Assembly: GCF_004010195.1 (NCBI RefSeq) | Contig: NC_057718.1 | Location: 64,083,110-64,147,109, forward strand | Reading direction: 5' to 3' | Source: Chiloscyllium plagiosum | Taxonomy: Eukaryota | Length of the DNA: 64,000 bases | Shown: piece by piece, positions 49,065 through 61,099 of the stretch | How positions within the stretch are numbered: position 1 is the first letter of the stretch | How the letters are laid out: each line of letters starts with the position of its first letter | The notes under the pieces: model-generated | What the model was told of the DNA's origin: nothing | The model's input: the letters and a program-made list of their open reading frames with translations, nothing else | The model's database searches: none | Made by a program: the position numbers and the translations under genes

Positions 49065-51721
49065 CCTTTACTTGAGCACATGTGACAATAGAACCTGATT
49101 CTAATTCTAAAAATGGACACTTTTGTAATTACCCAAATTATAGGCCATTTTCCAGATCTTTGACCAATCCCTTATCTACCCAAAACCCATTTTACCCACC
49201 TTATCTTGGCAAATTACCTTCCTATATATCTTTATAATTTTTTTGTTAATGACACAATCTCTTCATCCCTTTATCCAAATCACTTATAACAACTCTTGTA
49301 AAAGGTGAGCTTATCCACAGACTCCATCAATAAACACATAGACAATTGCTATAGACTATTTTGACAACTTCAAAGAGGGAACATTTTAATCTCTCTTAAC
49401 TTCTGGACACATGGGAGAAAAATCTAAAATCCAAACCTTATTTCTGTAGTTCTTTCTACATGGAAAAGAAATAACTAGAAAAGGAGTAAATGTGAACATG
49501 TGTTTGCACGATTTTGTCTAAAGTTCTCAAAATCATGGTTGCGTTCATATAAATTACATCTTTAAGTGAAAATGACATAGCAGCACAAATTAGGAGCAGG
49601 AATGGACCATGCAGTTCCTCAAGCCAACTCTACTATTTAATAAGTTATGGTTGATCTGATAACTTCACATTCTCGCCACCCCTGATAACGTTTCAACTCT
49701 TACTTCTTAGGAATCAATCTACCTCTGTCTTAAAAATAGTCAGTGACTCTCCTTCCCTTACCTTTTGAGGAAGAGAGTTTCAAAGATTTACAAACCTCTG
49801 AGGAAAAAAAAGTTCTCCCTATCTCTGTCTTAAATAGGTCACTTTTAAACAGAAACCCACTTATTCTAGATTCTCCCACAAGAGGAAACATCCTTTTCAT
49901 ATGCATCTGTTACAATTACTCCAGATCAAACTTTAAACATTAAACAAATTACCACTTATGATCACAGCTGATGATACTATTGCAGAATCAGATGTATCCG
50001 CCTCTAAAAATGCTTTATTTAAATGAGGCTTCAACTCCCTAGTCTCGTGACTCTGATAACCTCTTCCTGAATTCATCATGTAACTGAGTATAGACTTTCT
50101 CAGCTTCAGATAACCCCTTCAGGGTTTTAACCAAATACTTCTGTTCTGGAACTTCTATTAAACTCCTCACAGTAAGGTAACCTATTTTTAACAATTCTAA
50201 ACCTTCTTCTCCCTTTCTCAGAAGCAACAGCTTTACACTTCCAGCTTCAACTAAGAATCATGCAGAACTGCCCATACTGAAACTAAAAAAAAGTTTTCTT
50301 CCAAGATATGGATGTTTCCTCTAATCAAAAGAAAAAAAAATCAATGATTGATCCTCTCAAACTGGATTCTAATGCATAACTGTCAACCTCATTATAAAAT
50401 TCTCCCAATGTAAACAAATACAGAACTACAGAAATACTTAACTACAGAAATACTTAAAAATTAATCATTAAACCCGTTCAGACTCAGAGAGAACCCATTT
50501 GCCACAAATTCAAACTCAAAAATAAATGATATTAAAGTATATATAAATCATACACCTTACATCACACAACATACTCTTCTAAAATTCAACAGACACATGT
50601 GTAGTCTGTTCTAACTATCCTCATAAGAGAATTCACATATCATTCAAGTCGGCCTCTGAACTACTTCCAATACATGGATATCCTTTCTTAAATAAGGAGT
50701 ACACAGTTATCCAGGGATGGCCTCAGCAGTGCCCTTATCACCAAAGCATAACCTCCCTACTTTTGTATTAAAGCTTTGTTAGCTTCCCTAATTATTTTCT
50801 TTACCTGTGAACTAGTCTTTTGTGATTCATACACAAGCGTACCCAGACTCTTCTGTATTTCAGAGCTCTGCAATCTTTCACCATTTAGACAATATGCTTC
50901 TTTGTTATTCTTCCTGCCAAAATAGCAAGATATCGGCAGTGGAGGAGACAGTGTTCAGGCTCTGAGCGTGGGGCTCATCTACTGTCTGTTTTTCTTTTCT
51001 TTATTCTTTTTCTCCTTATAAATTTTTAGTTTGTTTTTTGTAACTTACCTTCAGGAGAGAGCTAGTCATGGAGGTGATGCCATTTGGGTTAAGAGCATGG
51101 CAGCGGCTAGGGTTCAGCGTTCGATGATGAGGTGGTTGATGAGCTCAGCTGGGACTCCAGTGGTTGGCGGTTAGACAGCATCGTGTAGGAGATCAAGCTC
51201 AACGTGGGGGAGAGATTGAGCCTTCATCTCATGGGGAGACCAAACCCCTTGTGGGGAAAGCCCAGCATAAAGCAACGGCAAGCCCAAGGCTAAAGAAGGT
51301 TTAGAAAGCTGAACTTCCAACTTTCTTCATTCTTCTACTTCATATTAAGAAGAACTTCGAACTTATTTCTTTGCTTTTCTACTTTGTACCTAAGACTTTG
51401 TATTTAGCTTTGTACCTAAGATGGCGCTGGGAATGGCAACATTGTAAACTTTTCACTATACAGCTGTATCCCTTTACTTGAGCAGATGTGACAATAGAAC
51501 CTGATTCTAATTCTAAAAATGGACACTTTCGTAATTTCCCAAATTATATGCCAATTTCCAGATCTTTGACCAATCCTTTATCTTGGCAAGTTACTTTCCT
51601 ATATATCTTTGTGTCATTAACAAAAAAAAGTATAATCCCTTCATCCCTTTATCCAAATCACTTATAAAATCACTTGTAAGAGGTGAGCTTATCCACAGAC
51701 TCCATCAACAAACACACAGAC
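49065..51721. repeat. Direct duplication of about 250-280 bp (49065-49343 and 51471-51721)
   Basis: cctttacttgagca.atgtgacaatagaacctgattctaattctaaaaatggacac…ccacagactccatcaa occurs twice. Confidence 0.9.
49908..50566. mobile_element. Probable solo LTR inserted in a - strand CR1 fragment (about 49580-50925)
   Basis: TGTTAC start, ATCACA end, flanks CATC and CAAC (one mismatch); CR1 sequence continues on both sides. Confidence 0.45.
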
Positions 51722-51825
51722 CTAGACCCAATATATCAGCCACTCCAACGAACAATTGGAAGCAGCCGGAACAGAAATAAATCCCGGAAGACACAGTACA
51801 GCAGCGCTTTATAAGCGGATCCAAA

Positions 51826-51865
51826 GCACTGAAGATGTCACCTGGACAGGGGACGAAACATCTGC
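51826..51865 (+). ncRNA. Minimal hammerhead-like core in a Penelope-type repeat
   Basis: gca-CUGAAGA-u-GUCACCU-ggac-AGGGGAC-GAAA-CAUC-ugc. Confidence 0.5.
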
Positions 51866-51899
51866 AAATCAACTTCCCAGTTCGGCGAACATATCCACA

Positions 51900-54460
51900 A
51901 CCAAGCTCTTATTCAAGTTTAAAGTGCTTATCTTAGGCTTAATCTTTTCTCCTTCAAACTGGATGTGAAGTTCAATTGTATTGTGACCATTGCTATCTAG
52001 GGGCACTTTCACTATGAAGTTGTTGAGTAACCCTACTGTGTTGCATAATACCATGTCAAATATAATCCACTCTCTAGTTGACTCCAGTACGTCATCTAAA
52101 ACATTTTCCCTGAGAACAATCAATGACCTCATCTGGGTTACCTTTTCCCATCTGATTGTTCCAGTATATAAATAGATTATAATTCCCCATGACTTTTACT
52201 GAACCTTCTGACAAGCTCTCGTTATTTGCCCTTATATACTCCATCCTACCACATAGTTTCATAGAACCCCTAAAGTGTGGAAACAGGCCATTTTTGCCCA
52301 ACACGTCCACACCGACCATTTGAAGAGTATCCTACCCAGACCCATCCCTGTACCCTATTGCTCGACATTTTCCCCCGACTAATGCACTAGGCCTACACAT
52401 CCCTGAACACTATGGGTAATTTAGCATGGCCAATTCACTTAACCTGCACATCCTTGGACTGTGGGAGGAAACTGGGCACCCGGAGGAAACCCACGCAGAC
52501 ACAGTGGGGGGCGAATGTGCAAACTCCACACAGACTGTCACCAGAGGCCGGAATCAAACCCGGGTGGTGGTGCTGTGAGGCAGCAGTGCTAACCACTGAG
52601 CCACTGTGCTGCCCATGGTTACTGTGGCTTCTTGCCTTTATCATTTTACATCTCTACCCAAAACTGCTTCTACATCCTGGTTTCTTGAACTTAGGTCATG
52701 CCTCTCTATTATGCTGATATCACCATCCATTAACAGAGCCACTCTACACTTTTTCCTAACTTCCTGCCAAAGTTCAGATCCCAATTTATGTCATCATACA
52801 GCTATGTCTCAGTAATGGCAATTAGATCTTAAAGGGGAGTCATTGGCAAGGTGATCCCTAATTGCCCAGAGGGCAGTTAGGCGTCGACCACATTACTGTT
52901 GGTCTGGAGTCACATGTAGGTCAGACCAGGTATAGATGGCATATTTTCTTCCCTAGAAGACATCAGTAAATCAGATGGGTTTTTCCTGACAATCAGCAAT
53001 TTAACTCTTATTTCACGATTATTATTGAATTCAAAGTCAACCATCTGCCATGGCAGGATTTAAACCGAGGTCCCCAGAAAATTACTTGGGTCTCTGGATT
53101 AATAGTCTAGCGATAATACCACCAGGATATCACCTACCCCCATTTGTGCTATGTGCAATCAGATACAGAGCCTTCAGCCATATCCTTTAATTATTTTTGT
53201 AACCTTCAGCCTTATCTGTTGAATGACCCTTTATATTCTCTATTCCTTCCTGTCATGGCTTGTTTATCATTTCTCAAATTAAATCCCTTTCTCTGCTGCC
53301 TAGTCTCTACTCTTTAATTTACATCATCTTCCCAAATTTGATCTTTTGACTCCACTATTTAGATTAAAATCATCTCTACTTCTTTTGTTATGTGACTCAC
53401 TAAAATATTATTTCAACAACTTTCAGGTCTGGTCTGTCCCACTGGTACACACCCCCACATTCCCCGTACTGGTCTCATCGCCCACAAACCAAAATCCACT
53501 TGTTCCATATTAATCTTTGAGCCATATATTCATTTGCACGTTGTCCATGCAATAATGCAGAGCTTATTTCCTTTCAGTTTCTGCTTCTTAATTTGGTGCC
53601 TTGCTATTCACTCCAACTGTGCAGAACCTGTTTCCTTGACTGGCCTCTATAGCTGCGTACCCACTTGGACCATGATGACTGGATCCTCCCACTCCTATTA
53701 AAATGTTCAACTCTAGCCCTTATCAGATCTCCCCAACTCTGGCACTGGAAGGCAACAAGACCTTCTGGTCTTTTGTTCTCACTGTCAAGAAGAGAGCCAA
53801 CCTCCCTCACTATAATGTCCCTTGTACCGTGTGAATAGCTTTCTGTATCACAGTCAGAAAACTTATCCATCTTGTAGCCCTCACTCTCATCACTTTCATC
53901 TATACAAGCTCAAGACAGTTGCAAAGGCTGAGATTTCTGCCTTCTGTATCCCCTACCTGCAGGTGTGATGGTGGCTGAATGGATTTATCACTGACTGCAC
54001 TGTTAAAATGGAGACCCAAGAAATGTTCTGGGGACCCAGGTTCAATTCCCAGCATGGATAAAAATCTGGCCAATCTAACAATGGCCATTATCAATTGTCA
54101 GGAGGAAAAAAGGCCATCTGATGCACTAACATCCTTTAGGGAAGGAAACTGCCATTCTTACCTGGTCTGGCTTACATGTGACTCCAGACCCACAGCAATG
54201 TGGTTGATTCTTAACTGCCCTCTGGGCAATAAATGCTAGCCTAGCCAGCAATGTCGGCATCCCATGAATGAATACTGAAAAAATTTCACAGTCACACCCT
54301 CCTTTCCCTGACCAGTTTGCAAATCAGATGAACCTATCCTGAGGGGTGTGACTGCCTCCTGAAATATATTGCCCAGGTACACTTTTCCCCTCCCTGATGT
54401 GTCGCGATGTCTGTAGTTCAGCCATAAGCTCAAATTCTGTGTCCAAGCTGCCTCTACTTT
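51900..54460 (-). mobile_element. Old CR1 5' and central fragments with nested SINEs (about 52840-53135 - strand, about 53965-54272 + strand)
   Basis: Endonuclease remnant PLDSNGHN..ELHIQFE (ORF 51869-52132) and GTRDIIVREV..LL ORF1-like remnant. Confidence 0.6.
52259..52615 (-). mobile_element. HE1-type SINE
   Basis: Reverse complement of the SINE head and core. Confidence 0.9.
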
Positions 54461-54695
54461 CATAGAATCCCTACAGTGTGAAAACAGGCCATTAGGCCCA
54501 ACAAGTCTACACCGACCCTCCGAACAGTATCTCACTCCGACCCATTCCTCTACCCTATTACTTTACATTTCCCCTGACTAATACACCTAACCTATCTCTG
54601 AACACTATGGGCAATTTAGCATGGCCAATTCACCTAACCTGCACATCTTTGGACTGTCGGAGGAAACCGGAGTACCAACGGAGGAAACCCACACT
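54460..54695 (-). mobile_element. HE1-type SINE, 5'-truncated
   Basis: SINE 3' half only. Confidence 0.8.
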
Positions 54696-55379
54696 TACTG
54701 CAGGTGTTTGCCTGGAGTGCATTGGCATCTAGAAGCTCCCACCTTTTGCAGTTGCAGCACATCACCTTCCATGTTACGCTAGATTTCCATAGGAATCAAT
54801 GTTAAAGCTAAAGTTAGGTTCCACCAGACTTTTCTGTCCTAGAGAAAACAGTGTACAAGTTGAAGTACTGTAACTTACTTGTGCAGAATTCTGCATTCCT
54901 AGCTGAAATAATTGGCATAATAAAGTCACTAAATATGAAGGAATTAATTGAAGGCAAAACGTTAAGTTTCACATGTTTGAAAATAGGCATTTCTATTAAC
55001 TCAGGAGCCAACATATCTAAAATAAACAGCGGGTAATATTATTGTTTTGAGAAGTCTTTAGGGCCATGGAATAACCTTGTGATGATGTCACAGAGCTGCT
55101 TTAATAGCTCAGTGTAGGTGGGGTTACAATACGCTACTAGATTAGACCAGATACGCTAGTTGAGAACTTCAGAGAGTCTTAAAAGCATATGGATGTGAGT
55201 GCATGAAGAAGGAAATTCATCTTTACCCAACATAGCTTTAAGACCAAAGCCTGCTATATCTGCAATTACTATATTTAGCAGCATTTAGTATTAATGTGCA
55301 ATACATAATGCTGCATTAAACTAATCCTAGAGACAATTCTTGACTTTGAATTCTTCTTAAATAATCTGTCTTAAATCCT

Positions 55380-55505
55380 GACTTGGAGGTGCCAGTGTCG
55401 GACTGGGGTGTACAAAGTTAAACATCACACAACACAGGTTATAGTCCAACAGGTTTATTTGGAAGCACTAGCTTTCGGAGCGCTGCTCCTTTATCAGGTG
55501 GTTGT
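55380..55505. mobile_element. Penelope-derived repeat with a - strand hammerhead remnant
   Basis: gacttggaggtgccagtgtcggactgggg…agctttcggagcgctgctcctttatcagg. Confidence 0.7.
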
Positions 55506-55974
55506 GGATTTTGTCTTATACCCAAACTCACAGTGTTTCACAAAACCACATAAAGATGGCACTGGTGCAATTTACTACCTTAAAAATCATGGTAACAAAG
55601 AAGATCTGGAATCAGACTGAGTTGGAAAAGAGAATTCAGTAAATTCCTGGTATAGCTTTCAGACCAGCTAGCAGCCAGGAAAGCCATAAAGAGCTGATTT
55701 GTTGCTGTGATGGAAACCCGAAAATCATCAAGACAAACCACTAGAAGACTGCGGGTCTGAAAAAAACTTTTCACACATACTAAGAGGGGAAATAAGCATT
55801 TGAAAAGTCAATGGGAACAGTAACATTTCTCTAAGAGCTAAGGGGATGAATTCAAAGTGGGTAGCTATGATGAGTGGCTGATTAGCACATATCCAAAACA
55901 AATTTAATCCCTGAAGGACAGAAACAGGAAAATTTTGTTTCCACCTAAATAATTACATTGAAAAGGTACAGTTA

Positions 55975-57480
55975 ATACATAGAACATTACAGTGCAGTAC
56001 AGACCCTTCGGCCCTCAATGTTGCGCCGACCTGTGAAAGCAATCTAAAAGCCCATCTAAATTACACTATTCAATTATCATCCATATATTTATCCAGTGAC
56101 CATTTAAAAGCCGTTAAAGTTGGCGAGTCTGCTACTGTTGCAGGTAGGGCACTCCACACCTTTACTACTCTCTGAATAAAGAAACTACCTCTGACATCTA
56201 TCCTATATCTATCACCCCACAATTTAAAGCTATGTCCTCCCATCACCATTCGAGGAAAAAGGCTCTCACTGTCTGACCTATCTAACCCTCTGATTATCTT
56301 ATATGTCTCTATTAAGTCACCTTTTAACCTTCTTCTCTCTAACGAAAACAGCCTCAAGTCCCTCAGTCTTTCCTCATAAGACCTTCTCTCCATACCAGGC
56401 AACATCCTAGTAAATCTCCTCTGAGCCCTTTCCACAGCTTCCACATTCTTCCTATAATGCAGTAACCAGAACTGTAATCAATATTCCAATTGTGGCTGCA
56501 TCAGAATTTTGTACAACTACAACATGACCTCATGGCTCCAAAACTCAATCCCTGTACCAATAAAAGCTAACACACTGTATACCTTCTTAACAACTCTGTC
56601 AACTTGGATAGCAACTTTCAGGGATCTCTGTACATCAACACCGAAATCTCTCTGCTCATCCACACTACAAAGAATTTTACCATTAGCCCAGTACTCTGCA
56701 TCCCTGTTACTCCTTCCAAAGTGAATCACCTCACATGTTTCCACATTAAACTCCATTTGCCAACCCTCAGCCCAGCTCTGCAGCTTATCTCTGTCTCTCT
56801 GTTACCTGCAACATCTTTCGGCACTATCCACAATTCCACCAATTTTAGTGTCATCCACGAATTTATTAACATATCCTTCTACACCCTCATCCAGGTCATT
56901 TATAAAAATGGCAAGCAGCAGTGGACCCTGCAAGAACAGATCCTTGCAGTACACCACTAGTAACTGAGCTCTGTCTTCTTTCAGCTAGCCAATTTCTGAT
57001 CCAAACTGCTAAATCACCCTCAGTCACATGCCTCTGTATTTTCTGGAATAGTCTACCATGGGAACCTTAACAAATGTTTCACTGAAACCCATATACACTA
57101 CATCAACCGCTTTACCTTCATACACCTTCTCAAAGAATTCAATAAGGTTTGTGAGGCACTACCTACCCTTCACAAAACTGTGTTGACTATCTCTAATCAA
57201 ATTATTCCTTTCTAGACGATTATAAATCCTATCTCTTATAATCCTTTCCAACACTTTACCCACAACCAAAGTAAGGCTCACTGGTCTATGATTACCAGGG
57301 CTGTCTCTACTCCCCTTCTTGAACAAGGGGACAACATTTGCTATCCTCCAGTCTTCTGGCACTATTCCTGTAGACAATGACAACATAAAGATCGAAGCAA
57401 TCTCCTCCCTAGCTTCCCACAGAATCCTAGGATAAATCCCATCTGGCCCACGGCTCATCTATTTTCACACTTTCCAGAAT
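55975..57480 (-). mobile_element. CR1 LINE, RT to 3' end, internally deleted
   Basis: ORFs 57159-57458 (GPDGIYPRIL, DWRIANVVPLFKKG), 56517-56756 and 56070-56444. Confidence 0.92.
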
Positions 57481-57684
57481 TCAACCATGCATTTTCCGGC
57501 AGAGCTTTCCACACCAGGACATGAGGAACTGCCACATGTCTGCCAGCTGAGTTGAAAACCTTCTAACAATGGGTCAATAAAAATCTTAGCTATTGGTAAA
57601 GTTAACATCAGTTAGGATGTTAGGATCAGTCTTCAGGTACAGGTTTCAATAAACTTGATTGAGAAAAGTAAATGAAAATGGCAG

Positions 57685-59600
57685 GGAGTCACACAGCACA
57701 GAAACAGAACCTTTGGTCCAATTCGTCCACGCTGACCAGATATTCTAAACTGATCTAGTCCCATTTGCCAGCATTTGGCCCATATCTCTCTAAGCCCTTC
57801 CTATTCATATATCCATTCAGGTGCCTTTTAAATGTTGTAATTATACTCACCTTCACCACTTCCTCTGGCAGCTCATTGCATACACACACCACCCTCTGCA
57901 TGATAAAGTTGTCCCTTAAATTCCTTTTACATCACATGCTTCAGACAGAGATTAGGAGGAACGTCTTCTCTCAGAGGATAGTGAATTTGTGATATGCTTT
58001 ACAATAGAGGGCTGTTGGCACTAGTCATTAAGTAGGATAGTGAAGAAGGTTACCTCAGATTACAGAGGGATCTTGATCAGATGGGCTAATGGGCTGAGAA
58101 GTGACAGATGGAATTTAATTTAGATAAATGCGAGGTGCTGCATTTTGGGAAAGCAAATCTTAGCAGGACTTATACATTTCATGGTAAGGTCCTAGGGAGT
58201 GTTGCTGAACAAAGAGACCAAAGAGAACAAGCTGAATGAGCTGCCAGAAGAAATGGTGATGGTTAGTACGATTGCAACCTTTAAAAGGAGGCATATGGGT
58301 TGGGTGCTGGCAGGTGGGACAAGATTGGGTTGGGATCCCTGTTCGGCATGGATGAGTTGGACCGAAGGGGCTGTTTCCGTGCTGTACATCTCTATGATTC
58401 TCTGACTCTATATTCAAGGCTGACAAAGAGAACAAAGAGACAAAGAGAACAAAGGTGCATAGCTTCTTGAAAGTGGAGTCACAGGTAGATAGGATAGTGA
58501 AGAAGGCGTTTGGTATGCTTTCCTTTATTGGTCAGAGTATTGAATACAGGAGTTGGAAGGTCATGTTGCGACTGTCAGGTCATTGGTTAGGCCACTTTTG
58601 AATTATTGCGTTCAATTCTGGTCTCCATCCTATTGGAAACCATGGGGAACCTTGTCGAATGCCTTACTGAAGTCCATATAGATCACATCTACCGCTCTGC
58701 CCACATCAATCCTCTTTATTACTTCCTCAAAAAACTCAATCAAGTTTCCCACACACAAAGCCATGTTAACTATACCTAATCAGTCCTTGCCTTTCCAAAT
58801 ACATGTGCATCCTGTCCCTCAGGATTCCCTCCAACAACTAGCCCACCAGGGACGTCAGGCTCACTGGTCTGTAGTCCCCTGGCTTGTCCTTACCACCTTT
58901 CTTAAACAAAGGCAGCACTTTAGCCAATCTCCAGTTTTCCAGCACCTCACTGTGACTATCAATGATACAAATATCTCAGCAAGAGACCCAACTTGAAAGG
59001 GTTCAGAAAAGATTTATAAGGATGTTGCCAGGATTGGCGGATTTGACTATAAGGAGAGGTTGGGGCTGGGGCTGTTTTCCTTGAAGCATCGGAGGCTGAG
59101 GGGTGACCTTATAGAGGTTTACAAAATCATGAGAGGCATGGATAGGATAAATAGACAAAGTCTTTTCCCTGGGGTCGTGGAGTCCAGAACGAGAGGGCTT
59201 AGGTTTAGGGTGAGAGGGGAAAGATATAAAAGAGACCTAAGGGGCAGCTTTTTCACGCAGAAAGTGGTACGTGTATGGAATGAGCTGCCAGAGGAAGTGG
59301 TGGCGGCTGGTACGATTGCAACATTTAAAAGGAGGGTTATGGGCTGGGTGCTGGCAGGTAACTAGATTGGGGTGGGATATCTGGTCGGCATGGACGAGTT
59401 GGACCAAAATGGGCTGTTTCCGTGCTGTACATCTCTTTAATTCTATGACTCTATATTCAAGGCTGACATTTTTAATCAGTAAGAGAATCAAAGATTATGG
59501 AGTAAAGGCAAGAAAGTGGATTTTGTCTATTGTCAGATCAGTCATGATTTCATTGAATGGCGTAGCAGACTCACTGTGCTGAATCACCTACTTCTGCACC
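57685..59600. mobile_element. Mosaic of nested and rearranged CR1 fragments on both strands
   Basis: - strand 57685-57930; + strand 58030-58638 and 58991-59450; inverted piece about 58639-58990. Confidence 0.85.
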
Positions 59601-60144
59601 TACATGTTATGGTCTTATGAATATCAGTAGGATATTGATCTCCTTGTAGTACAGTATTTTACTGCCTTTTCATAGTATTTGTTGGTTAAGGTTGTTAAAT
59701 CTTTATTGTTTTAAAGATTGTTGAAGTACTAAAACTTGAAGTTGTTGAGTTTTAAATGCTGTTCTCAATGTAAAGTTTAGTCTCCTTTACCAACACGGCA
59801 TCTTCACCGAGTTCAGTAAAGATATTCCTTTTCCAGGATGGCTAAAGAATTTCCAAAGGTCAATGCATAGATTCTTTCTAAAAAAGTGGCTTCACTGGAT
59901 AACATTGAATGACATTTGAACAGTATCAAAGAAGTATGCCATAATTTCATTCACCGCAATTTTTTTCCCCTTTTTTGAGCTGTTCCCCACTGAATTTGAT
60001 ACCATGTGATCAGATTTGCATTATTTTTGTTATTTAATGAATGAAATTGATAAAACTTAAATTTCCAAATAAAGCTTTGAACCTTAAATATAACAACGTT
60101 GTTGCTAACGTCACTGTTAGGGATCAGATATGTCAAATTTCAGG

Positions 60145-60775
60145 AAAGATGTTAAACTTGAAAGGGTTCAGAAAAGGTTTACAAAGATGTTGTTGTGATT
60201 GGAGGGTTTGAACTATAGGGACAGGCTGAATAAGCTGGGACTATTTTCCTCGGAGCATTGGAGGCTGAGGAGTGACCTTATAGAGGTTTGTAAAGTCATG
60301 AGGAGCATGGATAAGGTGAATAGTCAAGGTCTTCTTCCCAGAATAGGCTAGTCCAAAACTAGAGGGCATAGGCTTACAGTGAGAGGGGAAAAGGGAGCTG
60401 AGAGGCAACATTTGCACACAGAGGGTGGTCCATGTATGAAATAAACTGCCAGAGGAAGTGCTGGGGATGGGGACAACTACTACATTCAAAACAAATCTGG
60501 ATAGGTGTATGAATACAAAGGACTTAGAGGGATATGGGCCAAATGCTGGCAAATGGACAAGATCATTTAGAATATCTGGTCATCATGGACGAGTTGGACC
60601 AAATGGTCTGTTTCCATGTTGTTAAATTAAATTCCCTAGGACCTTACCATTAAGTGTATAAGTCCTGCTAAGATTTGCTTTCCCAAAGTGCAGCACCTCG
60701 CATTTATCTAAATTAAACTCCATCTGCCACTTCTCGGTCCATTGGCCCATTTGATCAAAATTCCGTTGTAGTCTG
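60145..60775. mobile_element. CR1 fragments (+ strand 60145-60620, - strand about 60635-60775)
   Basis: KLERVQKRFT.ML remnant and CR1 3' UTR. Confidence 0.85.
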
Positions 60776-61099
60776 ATATGATCTATCAGGCAATATTTCA
60801 TTCCAGGTCCTAACTTGTTCAGTATTAAAATCAGCTAGGATTATAATATCAGTCACTGAATTTCATTATAACATCAGTCCCTGAATTTCTTCAATCAAAA
60901 CACAAACTAACTCCTGAATGTGCTGGATTCAGATCTGGAAATTTGATCAAGTAGTATTATGCAGCAAAGGTTCCACTTAATGCAAAATTATACAGAGCAT
61001 GTTGACTGTTTAAAGCACAATAAACCATCTGGCCAGAGGAGTGAGACCTCTCATCTGAACAATAAACTGCCCATGACATCAATGCAACACAATAACATA

